DNA of 64,000 bases from an uncultured bacterium (GTDB lineage: Bacteria; Patescibacteriota; JACMRA01). Every line of letters starts with the position of its first letter. The first letter of the stretch is position 1. Of this stretch, positions 48,051 through 58,900 are shown piece after piece. The position numbers and the translations under genes were made by a program. The stretch lies in the NCBI GenBank assembly GCA_963704645.1, contig OY969926.1, positions 736,001-800,000 of the forward strand, written 5' to 3'. The notes beneath the pieces were generated by a model. It saw nothing but the letters and a program-made list of their open reading frames with translations. It had not been told where the DNA came from and did no database searches.

Positions 48051-48791
48051 ATGCGCATTAATCAGTATTTAGCCCATCAACTTGGCATTTCTAGAAGGCA
48101 AGGTGATGAAATTATAAAAAAAGGAGAAGTAAAAATAGGAGGAAATTTGTGTAATTTGTTCGATCAAGTTAGTGCTGGATCTGTTGTAGAATATTACAAT
48201 CATCAAAAAGGATGGACAAAAATTAGCGAGGAAACAGAATTCAAAACTATCTTATTCTATAAACCAATTTTTACGGTAACAACTAGGTCAGATGAGTTTA
48301 AAAGAAAAACTATTTATTCTTTCTTAAAATCTAGTTATTTCAGCTTTAAACCCGCTGGACGTTTAGATTATTTAAGCGAAGGCTTGTTGGTATTAAGCCA
48401 AGATGGAGAATTAATTAATAAGTTAACCCATCCTTCTTTCGGTACTAAAAAAAGGTATTTAGTTGCTTTAAAACAAGCTTTAGAACCAAACCAAATTAAA
48501 GAAATGCAGAAAGGTCTAACCATTTTAGAAACCAAGCTAAACCCAGTTTCTGTAAAACAATTAGATCCATCTAAAGAATGGGCTTTCATGAAACCAGAGC
48601 CGAAACACGTTTGGTACGAATTTACTTTAACCGAAGGTAAAAACAATCAAATCAGGCAAATGTGCGAATATTTTGGTCAAAAAGTTTTACGTTTAATTCG
48701 TATTCAGCACGGCCCGTATTTGCTTACAGAAGAATTGCTTGAGAAGAAAATTTTGAAGGTTGAAGATATAGAAGCAGAGGAAATAAAATAA
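48051..48791 (+). CDS. rRNA pseudouridine synthase (RsuA/RluB family)
   Basis: N-terminal S4 (MRINQYLA...SRR), GRLDYLSEGLL, KRYLV, EGKNNQIRQM, LRLIR. Confidence 0.92.
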   Translation: MRINQYLAHQLGISRRQGDEIIKKGEVKIGGNLCNLFDQVSAGSVVEYYNHQKGWTKISEETEFKTILFYKPIFTVTTRSDEFKRKTIYSFLKSSYFSFKPAGRLDYLSEGLLVLSQDGELINKLTHPSFGTKKRYLVALKQALEPNQIKEMQKGLTILETKLNPVSVKQLDPSKEWAFMKPEPKHVWYEFTLTEGKNNQIRQMCEYFGQKVLRLIRIQHGPYLLTEELLEKKILKVEDIEAEEIK

Positions 48792-48825
48792 AGCCCCACA
48801 GGTGTGAGGCAGGTTTTATTGTTAG

Positions 48826-49101
48826 TTAAAACTTTGAGACTCTTTTAAAGCCAGTGCTATAAGCTATATAATTCTCAGTTTTATCAATTTCTTCAGGGCT
48901 GCATGTCCATGTATATCTGGCATCACACTGAAGTACATAAAAGATAGACTTGGTTGTTGTACTTTCAATTCTCGTGGAAAGCATTTCTCCGTCTATAGTC
49001 AGCCAGACTTCCCATTCTCCATACGATGCTATATGGGTGTAATCTTCTGGCTCTAATTCTAAAGTTTTTAATATTGCCTGATGTGACTTTCTATCTAACA
49101 T
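48826..49101 (-). CDS. Hypothetical protein (probable start ATG 49101)
   Basis: The upstream extension of ORF 48826..49296 is low-complexity AT sequence; MLDRKSHQ... is the plausible start. Confidence 0.55.
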   Translation of the reverse strand: MLDRKSHQAILKTLELEPEDYTHIASYGEWEVWLTIDGEMLSTRIESTTTKSIFYVLQCDARYTWTCSPEEIDKTENYIAYSTGFKRVSKF

Positions 49102-49381
49102 GGTTTTTTGGTTTCCAAAAAATACTTTTATATAAAGTCTACAATCTAAATATTTGTCGTATGTTTGCGTGTAAATAATATACAGTAGAATAATTCTTAT
49201 AATAATAAAATGAATGAATAAAATATAAGCGTATAATAAAATATACAAATATTTAAATTTAACCATAAAAAAGCCCTGCAAAGGCAAGGTGTACAATATT
49301 TAACATTTTGTTTTAGTTATTTCATTTAAAATTAAAAGCCCCACAGTTGTGAGACTTGTTATTCTTATATGTGTAGCTTAT

Positions 49382-49999
49382 TTACACAGGACGTGTATCA
49401 TATATTGACCAATACTGTTCCATCACTTCATTCCAAGTTGATTGGAAAAGTTCTCCATCAATTAAAGTTGTGTATTCTGCAATTGAAAAATGCCTCCACC
49501 TTTGTAGTGCCTCCAACTTTTTGCGAAACAAATACTTTTCATTTCCCCTAAAAACCAATTTACTGTTTTTGAAAGAAATTGGCTCTGTTCCAGGATATAT
49601 AGCATCTGGCCCGCTGGAAGGGTATGAATTAGTAATTGTCCACATTCCATCAATTTGATTGAGATAAATAAACAAATATTTGGTTGGGTAGCCACCGCTT
49701 CCTGGAAGGATAGGTGTTGGGGCCAGTCTGTTCTCCCTTATGCCAAACCAGATTGTTTCATCTAGCTCAACAGCATTTGGACTATAAATTAGTCCTTGCA
49801 TACCAACACTTCTGTCAAACATTACATGCGTTGAAAATGAAAGTCTATAATTGTTCATTGAAACATCAATTACAATCTTTTGTATGGCCTCTTGTAACAA
49901 TTCGTAAGTTATTCCTGGATGCCTTTCAACATGTTTCCACAGTATATCATTTACGCAAACCGTTGTTCCACAAGCACTAGCCAAATATTCGTTATTCAT
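49382..49999 (-). CDS. Hypothetical protein, paralog of 51035-51624
   Basis: GAGG RBS. Shared motifs H..RHP.I...LL.EAI.K, FG.R..RL.PTPI, GP....PG.EPIS and L.RWR...IAEY.T..DG..F..TW. Confidence 0.8.
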   Translation of the reverse strand: MNNEYLASACGTTVCVNDILWKHVERHPGITYELLQEAIQKIVIDVSMNNYRLSFSTHVMFDRSVGMQGLIYSPNAVELDETIWFGIRENRLAPTPILPGSGGYPTKYLFIYLNQIDGMWTITNSYPSSGPDAIYPGTEPISFKNSKLVFRGNEKYLFRKKLEALQRWRHFSIAEYTTLIDGELFQSTWNEVMEQYWSIYDTRPV

Positions 50000-50180
50000 T
50001 TTAATTACCTCAGCTGCTATTTTGAGTAAATTTTGTTAAAAAAATTACTGTTTAACTTACGTTTAAATTAAATGGAATAGAAAATTATAACGTATAAAAA
50101 TCATACATATTATTTTAAAAGTATTTTCTTATTGTTTAAATGAATTTTCTTATGTATAATTATGTATACAAATTGGCAGA

Positions 50181-50945
50181 ATGACTTTATATCAACAAAT
50201 TTCTAAAATATTGGGGTTGAATGGTGAAGAAGCAAACTTATTTGAAATTTTAAACACCTCTAAGCAAAATTTAACCGTTACAATTCTTGCAAATAGGCTA
50301 GGGGTGCAAAGGTTAAAAGTTTATAATATACTAGATAAATTTAACCAAATGGGACTAATGGAAAGTATTGATTCTAAAAAGGGAATAAAGATGCAATCTC
50401 CTACTGTAATTTTAAGCTACTTAGAAGCTAAGAAAATAGAAAATGAACAGGTTTTAAATAGTTATTCTAATTTACTTCCAGAACTACTTTTTCAATATCA
50501 AAGCACAAGTAAAGCACCTTTCATAACCGTTGTAGAAAACAAAAATGATGTAATACGTTTATTTCTAGGTTTGTATCGTGAGGCAAACTCTAATATATAT
50601 TTTTTAGGAAATTCTGGTCAGTTTGAAGATTATGTTGGAACTATGGTAATTAATGAACTAATTAAAATGAGAATAGAGAAAAAGCTCGAATTAAAAATAC
50701 TGGCCTACGAGGAAGGAACAATACTGCACGAATACTCTAGTGTTAACTTGTCACAAAAAAGATTTGTTAAATGGTTGCCAGCAGATAATAAATCTCAGGG
50801 ATATATTCATTTTACAGAAAGAAAAGTAGTTTTGTGGAACCCAATTTTATCTAGAGCTGTTGTAATTTCAGATCAAACAATTGCTAGCTTGTATAAGTCA
50901 GTTTTTGAAACAATGTGGAATTTACTACCAGAAGTTAAAGCTTAA
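50181..50945 (+). CDS. TrmB-family transcriptional regulator
   Basis: N-terminal HTH (LTVTILANRLGVQRLKVYNILDKF..MGL); C-terminal effector-type domain (F..MW). Confidence 0.8.
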   Translation: MTLYQQISKILGLNGEEANLFEILNTSKQNLTVTILANRLGVQRLKVYNILDKFNQMGLMESIDSKKGIKMQSPTVILSYLEAKKIENEQVLNSYSNLLPELLFQYQSTSKAPFITVVENKNDVIRLFLGLYREANSNIYFLGNSGQFEDYVGTMVINELIKMRIEKKLELKILAYEEGTILHEYSSVNLSQKRFVKWLPADNKSQGYIHFTERKVVLWNPILSRAVVISDQTIASLYKSVFETMWNLLPEVKA

Positions 50946-51034
50946 ATTTATTACAAGAAAAAAAGCCTCACCTAGTGATGAAGCTTATTTGGTTATTACA
51001 GTCTGGATTATCCAAAAATTATTTGATCTAATTT

Positions 51035-51624
51035 TTAATCATAAACATTGTAGTAATTTGCAAGTATATAACGCCAGGTTGCAACGAATACTTTACCATC
51101 TAAAACGGTTGCATATTCAGCTATTTCACAATACCTCCATCTTGCTAATCGCTCATACATTGCTTGTTCCCGCGCTGTTTCATTTGGGTAATTGCAAAGT
51201 CTGTGGCTTTTGGAAATTGGTTCTGAACCTGGGTTAAAAGAACCCGGTCCATCACAACAATATGCATTCCACAAATACCATTTTGAATTAATTTTTTAAA
51301 GTATAGAAAAATTACTGTAGTTGGAGTGCCGTTATGTTCCACTGCTATAGGCGTTGGGCATAATCTACCCTTTCTTAAACCAAAATTAATTTCGGCAGAT
51401 TGTCTTGTTCTTTTTCCGTGGTAAACAAGTGCAAAGTTACCAATAACATACTCCATATCAACATATGCTCCATAGACATTGGCAGTTTCAGGAAGGCTAA
51501 CTTTATATATTGCTTCGGTAAGCAAATTAACGTTTATTTCTGGATGCCTTGCCGCGTGTAACCAAAAGTCTACAGTTGCCAAGACAAATTTTCCACATCC
51601 TGCTCTAAACATGTAAGCTGCCAC
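51035..51624 (-). pseudogene. Paralog of 49382-49999 split by a single-base frameshift in an A6 run
   Basis: Adding one A at 51292-51297 gives IFLYFKKINSKWYLWNAY, which aligns without gaps to LFIYLNQIDGMWTITNSY. Confidence 0.8.
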
Positions 51625-51732
51625 AGTAAAATGCCCTTTATTTAGTAATAAACCCTACAATTTATGGTAAAGCACAAATAATTCTATGTGTAAACTTAAA
51701 ACAATTTTAGCATTCAAACTGCTAAAAACTAA

Positions 51733-52587
51733 TTAGTAAATTCTAACCAAAAATCCGCTTGGTAGTGGTATTTTAGATTCGCAGATTTGTATAATCTCGC
51801 TGGTTTCTACAGTTTTGTTTGGGAATAGTTTTTGAATCATCACTTTCAAAATTGTTGGTGTAAACCTTGGAGAGTGTAGGGTAAGAATAATTTTGCCGTT
51901 TGGAGTAAGGATTTGTTTAGAAAGTTCTAGTAATTTAATTAAATTTTCTTCAATTTTGAAAACTTCACCCTTGGTTCCACGTCCGTAACTTGGGGCATCA
52001 ATTATAATTCCGCCATATTTTGCAGCTCTTTTTTCTTCTTTCTGCATAAATTTCTGTGCATCTTCTAAAATCAGTCTTTGTCCATTTCTACTTAAACTAT
52101 TTAAACCTAAATTCATTGTGTAGCTGTCCATGGCCGCACTAGAAGAATCTACAGCGGTAACCTCAAAACCTGCTTTAATTAATCCCATAGCGTTGGAACC
52201 AGTATAGGAAAACAAGTTTAAAATTTTATCTTTTTTGTTGAAGAAATCCACTAGACTTGGAGCGTAAATCCAGTGTTCGGTAAAAATTCCAATGTTACCA
52301 AATTGGTTTGGTTCAACCTGCCATTTTAGACCGTCAGGGCTTTCTACAGTCCAGTTTTCTGGAATGCCTGGTCCGGCCTGTTTTCTTTTTACTTCAGGGT
52401 TTGGGTTTAAGTTTTTCCATACTCCTTTTTCACCTTCACCGCGCATGAATTCGCTTTCAGCTTTGGCCCATTCGGCGTCTAAAGTTTTTGGCCACATAGC
52501 TTGAGGGCAAGGGCGAATAATTCTATACTCTCCAGCTTGCTCTAGTTTTTTTTGGTCTCCGCAATCAATTAACCTATATTCAGTCAT
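51733..52587 (-). CDS. Class I SAM-dependent methyltransferase (RlmI/K-like family)
   Basis: Y.LID.GD..KLE..G, GIF.EH, LNLFSYTG, VDSS, IIIDAPSYGRG. Confidence 0.88.
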   Translation of the reverse strand: MTEYRLIDCGDQKKLEQAGEYRIIRPCPQAMWPKTLDAEWAKAESEFMRGEGEKGVWKNLNPNPEVKRKQAGPGIPENWTVESPDGLKWQVEPNQFGNIGIFTEHWIYAPSLVDFFNKKDKILNLFSYTGSNAMGLIKAGFEVTAVDSSSAAMDSYTMNLGLNSLSRNGQRLILEDAQKFMQKEEKRAAKYGGIIIDAPSYGRGTKGEVFKIEENLIKLLELSKQILTPNGKIILTLHSPRFTPTILKVMIQKLFPNKTVETSEIIQICESKIPLPSGFLVRIY

Positions 52588-52896
52588 AGATTAACTTAAA
52601 TTAGGGAAATTATTTTTGGCAAGGAGGAGGGAGGTTTTCCCCCAATGTTTTTTTATTGCTCTAGATGATTAAATTCTAGACGATTTACTCTCTAAACTAT
52701 AAATTTTGTTTATGATTGTTGTATTTTGAGGCTTTTAACTATCATTTACTCAAAAATTGTTTGAAGTAAAATCAAATTGCACTTAAATTATGTATTTGGT
52801 TACTACAATGTTATCCTTTTTACACTGCTGGAATGACAAGCATTCCCCTACAAAACTATTTGTATTGCAATTTCACTTTGAAATAAAATTATTAAA

Positions 52897-52977
52897 GGGA
52901 GACCAGTAGGTCTCCGCTACATTTTTTGTTTATGATGCTGCGTTAAATTTTTGGTGGCGAGACGGGCTCGCCGCTAC
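52897..52977 (-). repeat. Doublet of GTAG-headed palindromes 3' of the giant WxL-like gene
   Basis: Reverse complement GTAGC-GGCGAG-cccgt-CTCGCC and GTAGC-GGAGACC-tact-GGTCTCC. Confidence 0.75.
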
Positions 52978-52986
52978 TTGCAATTT

Positions 52987-55900
52987 TTAACTTACGCTAC
53001 AGATTAATGTTCCTACGTAGGCCTGAGCTCTTATGTAGGCAGGGACTGTGAAATCTAAAGTGATATCTTTTTCAAATTTACCAACACCATAATTACTTGG
53101 GAACGAGGATAAGTTGAAGTTATTACTTTCTCCGTCGCTGCCCTCGCCAGTTAGCTGAGTAGTGCTTTGTCTTTCTGTGTAATCTGTTAAACCTTCCAAA
53201 GCTCCGAATCCAGTTACAACTTGTAATGTTGAGGGGGTGATTCCAAATTTAGAAGCAGAGTCTTTGTAAAGTGGAAGGACCCAAGAATTATCTAGAACTC
53301 CAGTTAAGTTACTAGATTTACAAACTAAACTCCAACCAGCTTGGCTTCCTCTTAAATCTTCCACGGTTATACCGTTTAGATTAGCAGAAGTGCTTTGTTC
53401 TGTTGTAGCTGCAGTAACAGAAGTAAAGTTTGCCACACTTGGACTGGTTAAGGTTAAATTACCACCATTTAAACATAGAAGTATATTAGTTATTGCTGTA
53501 TTTCCTTGTGAATTTGAACCACCTAATCCATTGCTACAATTAGCACCTCCTGAAGTGGTAGTTATGTTATTTGCATCTAAATATGTTGATCCACTTCCGC
53601 TAGCATTGTACTGACTTGTAAATGTTCCTTCTACACTTCCCACTGGTATGTTGTTACAAATTAAGGAAGTTCCTGAACCAACTACAGGACAATTTGTTAT
53701 AGTTCCGCCACTTCCAATTCTTAGATTCACACTTCCGTTTAAGGTGTTTAAGTTTACATTGGTTGTAATTGTGCAATTTACAGTGCTGTTTGTACCTACA
53801 GAAGTTGGTGAACAAAGCATGGATGTAATGTCTGAAGTTTGAATTGGATAAGTAACTGGGGCAGTAACTGTAATACTGTTACCATCGGCATACGCGCTGT
53901 TGCTTCCTGTTGCGTTATATTGACTAGCAAAAATTCCAGCAGCAGAACCTACATTTATGTTGTTACAAATTAAAGTTGTACCGCTAACTGCTAATGGGCA
54001 GTTTACAACACTTCCGTTAGTACCAACTCTAACATTCACACTTCCAGATAAAGTATTTTGATCTACATTTGTTGTAATTGTACAATCTACAGTTGTATCT
54101 ATAAGCGTAGATGAAGGTGAACATAGCATTGATGAGATATTGGAATTAAGAATAGCTGAAAGACTAGCACTTTGATAAGTAAAACCATTGCCTATTGCGT
54201 AAGAAGCATTTGAACCATCGGTAATTACTACATTAACTGGCCCAGCAGCATGAGCAGGTGTATATCCGGTCATGGTTGTAGAATTAACAAAAGTAACTGA
54301 AGTAGCTGGTAATCCATCAAAAGAAATAACTAATGTACCTACTTCCAAATTACTTAAAAGTTGTATTTCACCAAATGTGGAAGGTAGTTCATCATCACCA
54401 ATATTATTAGTATTAGGATAGCCAAGTTTACCACCATAACTATCTCCCCAACATTTCATGCCTCCTGTATTTAAAATTATACAGGTAGTTCCATAGCTTG
54501 TTGTGGTACTTAATTTAGCTACTATACCACCCACACTCACATCTCCAACTGTAAAAGGTAATTCGTCATCACCAATGTAATTTTCATTTCCATAACCTAA
54601 TTGTCCTGCCCAGTTTGCTCCCCAACACCTTAAGTTTCCAGCTGATAGTAATGCACAAACATGGTCTTCACCAACTGCTATTTCAGTTACGGTACCACCA
54701 ATATTAACATCACCGCCAGGACTGTTTCTGTCTGTTGTGTCTCCATAACCTAATTGTCCACTAGAAGCTTCACCCCAACATCTAACATTTCCTGCAGAAA
54801 GTACTGCACAGGTATGACGATAGCCACCACCAATTTGAATTACACTTCCTCCTACATTTATATCGCCAGCACTTGCTGGAGTTTCATTATCTCCTATGTT
54901 ATTATTATTTCCATAACCCAATTGACCTGCAAACCCATCACCCCAACATCTAACATTTCCTGCAGAAAGGATGGCGCAATTATGATAAGAGCCGGCGGAT
55001 AATTTGGTAACTGTTCCGCCTAAGTCAATATCTCCACCAGGACTGTTTCTTTGGGTTGTGTCTCCATAACCTAATTGTCCACTAGAAGCTTCACCCCAAC
55101 ATCTAACATTTCCTGCAGAAAGTAAAACACACACATGAGAATTGCCTGCAACAATATCAACTACAGTTCCGCCAACGTTAACATCACCGCCAGGACTGTT
55201 TCTTTGAGTTGTATCGCCATATCCAAGCTGACCGTCATAGTTGGCTCCCCAACATTTTACACTTCCAGAAGAAAGTAATGCGCAGGTGTAACCACCACTG
55301 GCAGTAATTTTACTTACAGGGCCTCCAAGATTTACAAATCCTACTGTACTAGGTAATTCATTGTCACCAATGTTAGTACTGTTACCATAGCCTAACTGGC
55401 CATAATAATTTGCACCCCAACACTTAACATTGTTATTGGAAAACAGGGCACAAGTATGATCCCAGCCTGATACTGTTTGAATAACCCCAATATTATTACT
55501 AAACTGGCCGTCAGCAATTGTAGCTGTAACAAAGGTGCCTCCAGCAGCAGGACCCACAATTGGGTCTAAAGTTATACTTGGTCCAGGAATAACGGTAATA
55601 TTGTTTCCATTTAAGTATGATGATCCGCTTCCGCTAGCGTTGTATTGACTTGTAAATGTTCCCGCTACACCACCCACTGCAACATTGTTACAAGTGATTG
55701 TGCTTCCTATACCAGTAACTAGACAATTTGTGACTGCGCCACTTGAACCAATTCTTACATTTACGCTCCCACTTAATGCATTGGTGTTTATATTTGTTGT
55801 AATGACACAATTTACTGTTGTATTTGTAGGTCTAGTTGAAGGTGAACATAGCATTGATGAAATATCAGAATTTAGTACAGGTCTAGGCGCTACATATGTG

Positions 55901-58900
55901 TAGGCATTTGTTAAATTAAAAGCAGTGTTTAAACCATCAGTAATTACTACGTTCACAGTTCCTACAGCATGAGCTGGAGTTATACCAGTAATAGTTGTAT
56001 TATTTACATAAGTAACAGAAGTGGCTTGTAAACCATCAAAAGTAATAGAAACAGGAGTAATTTCAGAAGGGTTAACAACTGAAATAGTTCCAATTGAGGC
56101 AGGAGTTTCATTATCACCAATTTGATTATAATTTGCATAACCTAATTGCCCATAGCTAGCATCACCCCAACATTTAACATTGCTGGTAGAAAGCAAAACA
56201 CAGGTATTATACGCTCCAGTAGAAATTTGTATTACTGTACCTCCTACATTTACATTGCTAATATTGGAAGGAATTTCATCATCGCCAATATAACTAGTAT
56301 TTGCATACCCAAGTCTGCCATAATCACTATTACCCCAACACTTTATATTGCCTGTGGAAAGCAGAGCACAGACGTGAGATTCTCCTGTAGAAATTTGCGT
56401 CACAGTTTCTCCAATACTTACATCCCCCGCCACAGACGGAATTTCATCATCTCCAATATTGTTAGTATTTCCATAACCTAATTGCCCTGCGTTATTAGCT
56501 CCCCAACATCTTACATTGCCAGTAGATAGCAAAGCACAGTTGTAGGATCCTCCAGCAGAAATTTGCGTCACAGTTCCTCCAACATTTACATCACCAGCAA
56601 CAGCAGGAGTTTCATCGTCTCCAATATAGTTGGTATTTCCATAACCTAATTGCCCACTATCAGCATAGCCCCAACATCTTACGTTTCCATTAGAAAGTAA
56701 GGCGCAGGTGTGTAATCCTCCAGCAGAAATTTGCGTCACAGTTCCTCCAACATTTACATCACCAGCAATAGCAGGAGTTTCATCATCTCCTATAATATCA
56801 CCATTTCCATATCCTAAGCTTCCGTAATTACCATATCCCCAACATCTTACATTTCCAGTATTAAGTAAGGCACAGGTATGATAAGCTCCAGTTGAAATTT
56901 GTGTAACAGTTCCTCCTACGTTTACGTCACCAGCGCTGGCAGGAGTTTCATCGTCTCCAATACTGTTGGTGTTTCCATAGCCTAATTGACCATAGCTACC
57001 CTCGCCCCAACATCTAACATTACCGTTAGAAAGTAACGCACAGGTATGATTTTGTCCTGTCGAAATTTGTGTCACGAAGCCTCCTACATCTACATTTCCA
57101 GCATTTGCAGGAGTTCCATTACCCCCAATACTGTTGGTATTTCCGTATCCTAAGCTTCCGTAATAGCCATATCCCCAACACTTTACATTGCCGGTATTAA
57201 GCAAAGCACATGTGTGAGCTTGCCCAACTGAAGTCTGAATTACATCTGGTCCGTCAGAAAAAGTTGCATTCGCTATACTTGCAGTAACTAAAGTTCCTCC
57301 TAAAGTTGACCCAGCAATTGGATTTATAGTTACAGTAGGAGCTGTTACTGTGATATTATTTCCATCTAAATATATTGATCCACTGCCACTCCCATTGTAT
57401 TGACTGGCATAAATTCCTGTAGTGCTTCCCACAGCAATATTATTACAAATGATTGTTGTTCCAGCTCCGCTAACTGGGCAACTTGTAATTGCACCGCCGG
57501 GGCCAATTCTTACATTCACATTTCCACCCAAAGTGTTGATATTTATATTTGTAGTAATAACACAATCTACAGTTGTGTCTATATTAGTTGATGAAGGTGA
57601 GCATACCATGGATGATATATTATCATTTGTAATTGGTTCTCCAATATATTCAAAACCATTTACAAGAGTATAAGATTGGCCATTGTAATTGGTGACAACA
57701 ATATCTTTAAACCCAGTTGTATTTGGAGGGGTGGTAAAATTGAGTTGTGTCGCAGAAACAAAATTTGCAATTACCTCTATACCATCAATTTTTATTGAAA
57801 TATCATCAGGACTATAATATGTATAAAATCCATCTTGGTTTCCTGCTGAAGTAATTGTCCTTCCTCCAATACCAATTGTGTCAAAATACTCGCCTGCAAT
57901 ATATAGTTTACCATCGTACTCGTATACAGCTCTAACCTGATTTCCACCCACACCTCCAACTGCAAGTTGTCCACCAGTACCACCGATACTGTTAAGTTGA
58001 ACTAAATTACCAGAAGTGTCGTATTGAGCAAAGAAAGCATTGGTACCATTACCACTGATTGTTTTATTGCCATCAGATAAAGCGTTTGTGTATCCACCTG
58101 CAATCCAAACTTTATTATTTGCATCCACATGTATATCTCTTGAAGTTGCAAAACCTGCACCTGGCAAAGCTCTTACCCATAAGTAATTTCCAGACGGATC
58201 TAATTTAGCTGTGAAAACCGTGGACCCTGTGGCCGAACCAGCAATATTAATGCCCCCAAAAGTTCCAAGAGCACCCCCAATGTATCCTGTTAAATATATA
58301 TTTTGACTAGAATCTATACCTATACCGTAAGGTAAGTCACTATTTTGGTTTACAGCTCCGTTTGTTCCACCATTTACTGCCCAAACTTCGTTTCCCGAGC
58401 TATCAAGTTTTACTACTGCAATGTTGGAAGTGGATAAAGAAGTTAAGGTTGTTGATCCTATAGTTATTGTTTCACGATAACCTAAAGCTACATAAATATT
58501 ATTACTTAAATCAACTGCCAAACCATGTGATTGACCATTGTTTCCACCAAGGTCGAGTGGGTCGGTTATTGTAGTATGGGAGTAATGCTTTACCCATTGA
58601 AAATCGCCGCTACTATTTAGTTTGGCAATATATAGCTCTCCAAAAGGTGAGGGAATGTTGAAGCTAATACCACCAAAAGTAGCTGTAGGTCCTTGCGTTT
58701 TTCCAGAAAAGTATATGTTTCCTGCGCTGTCCGTATCTACATTTGATCCAAATTGATATGGAAATTCTGTTCCTGTTTCAAATACAGTGTTTGAGCTACC
58801 ACCTCCAGTCTTAGCCCAGATAAAAGCACCTGTTGCTTTGTCAATTTTAGCAATAAATATATTTGAGCCTGTACTTCCCGATAATGTTGTTGAACCAAAA

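Noticed and set aside
54370-57240. CRISPR-like periodic repeats (ccccaacatc..., ccataacctaattg)
   Set aside because: They are in-frame RCC1-type coding repeats within the giant ORF, not repeat-spacer units.
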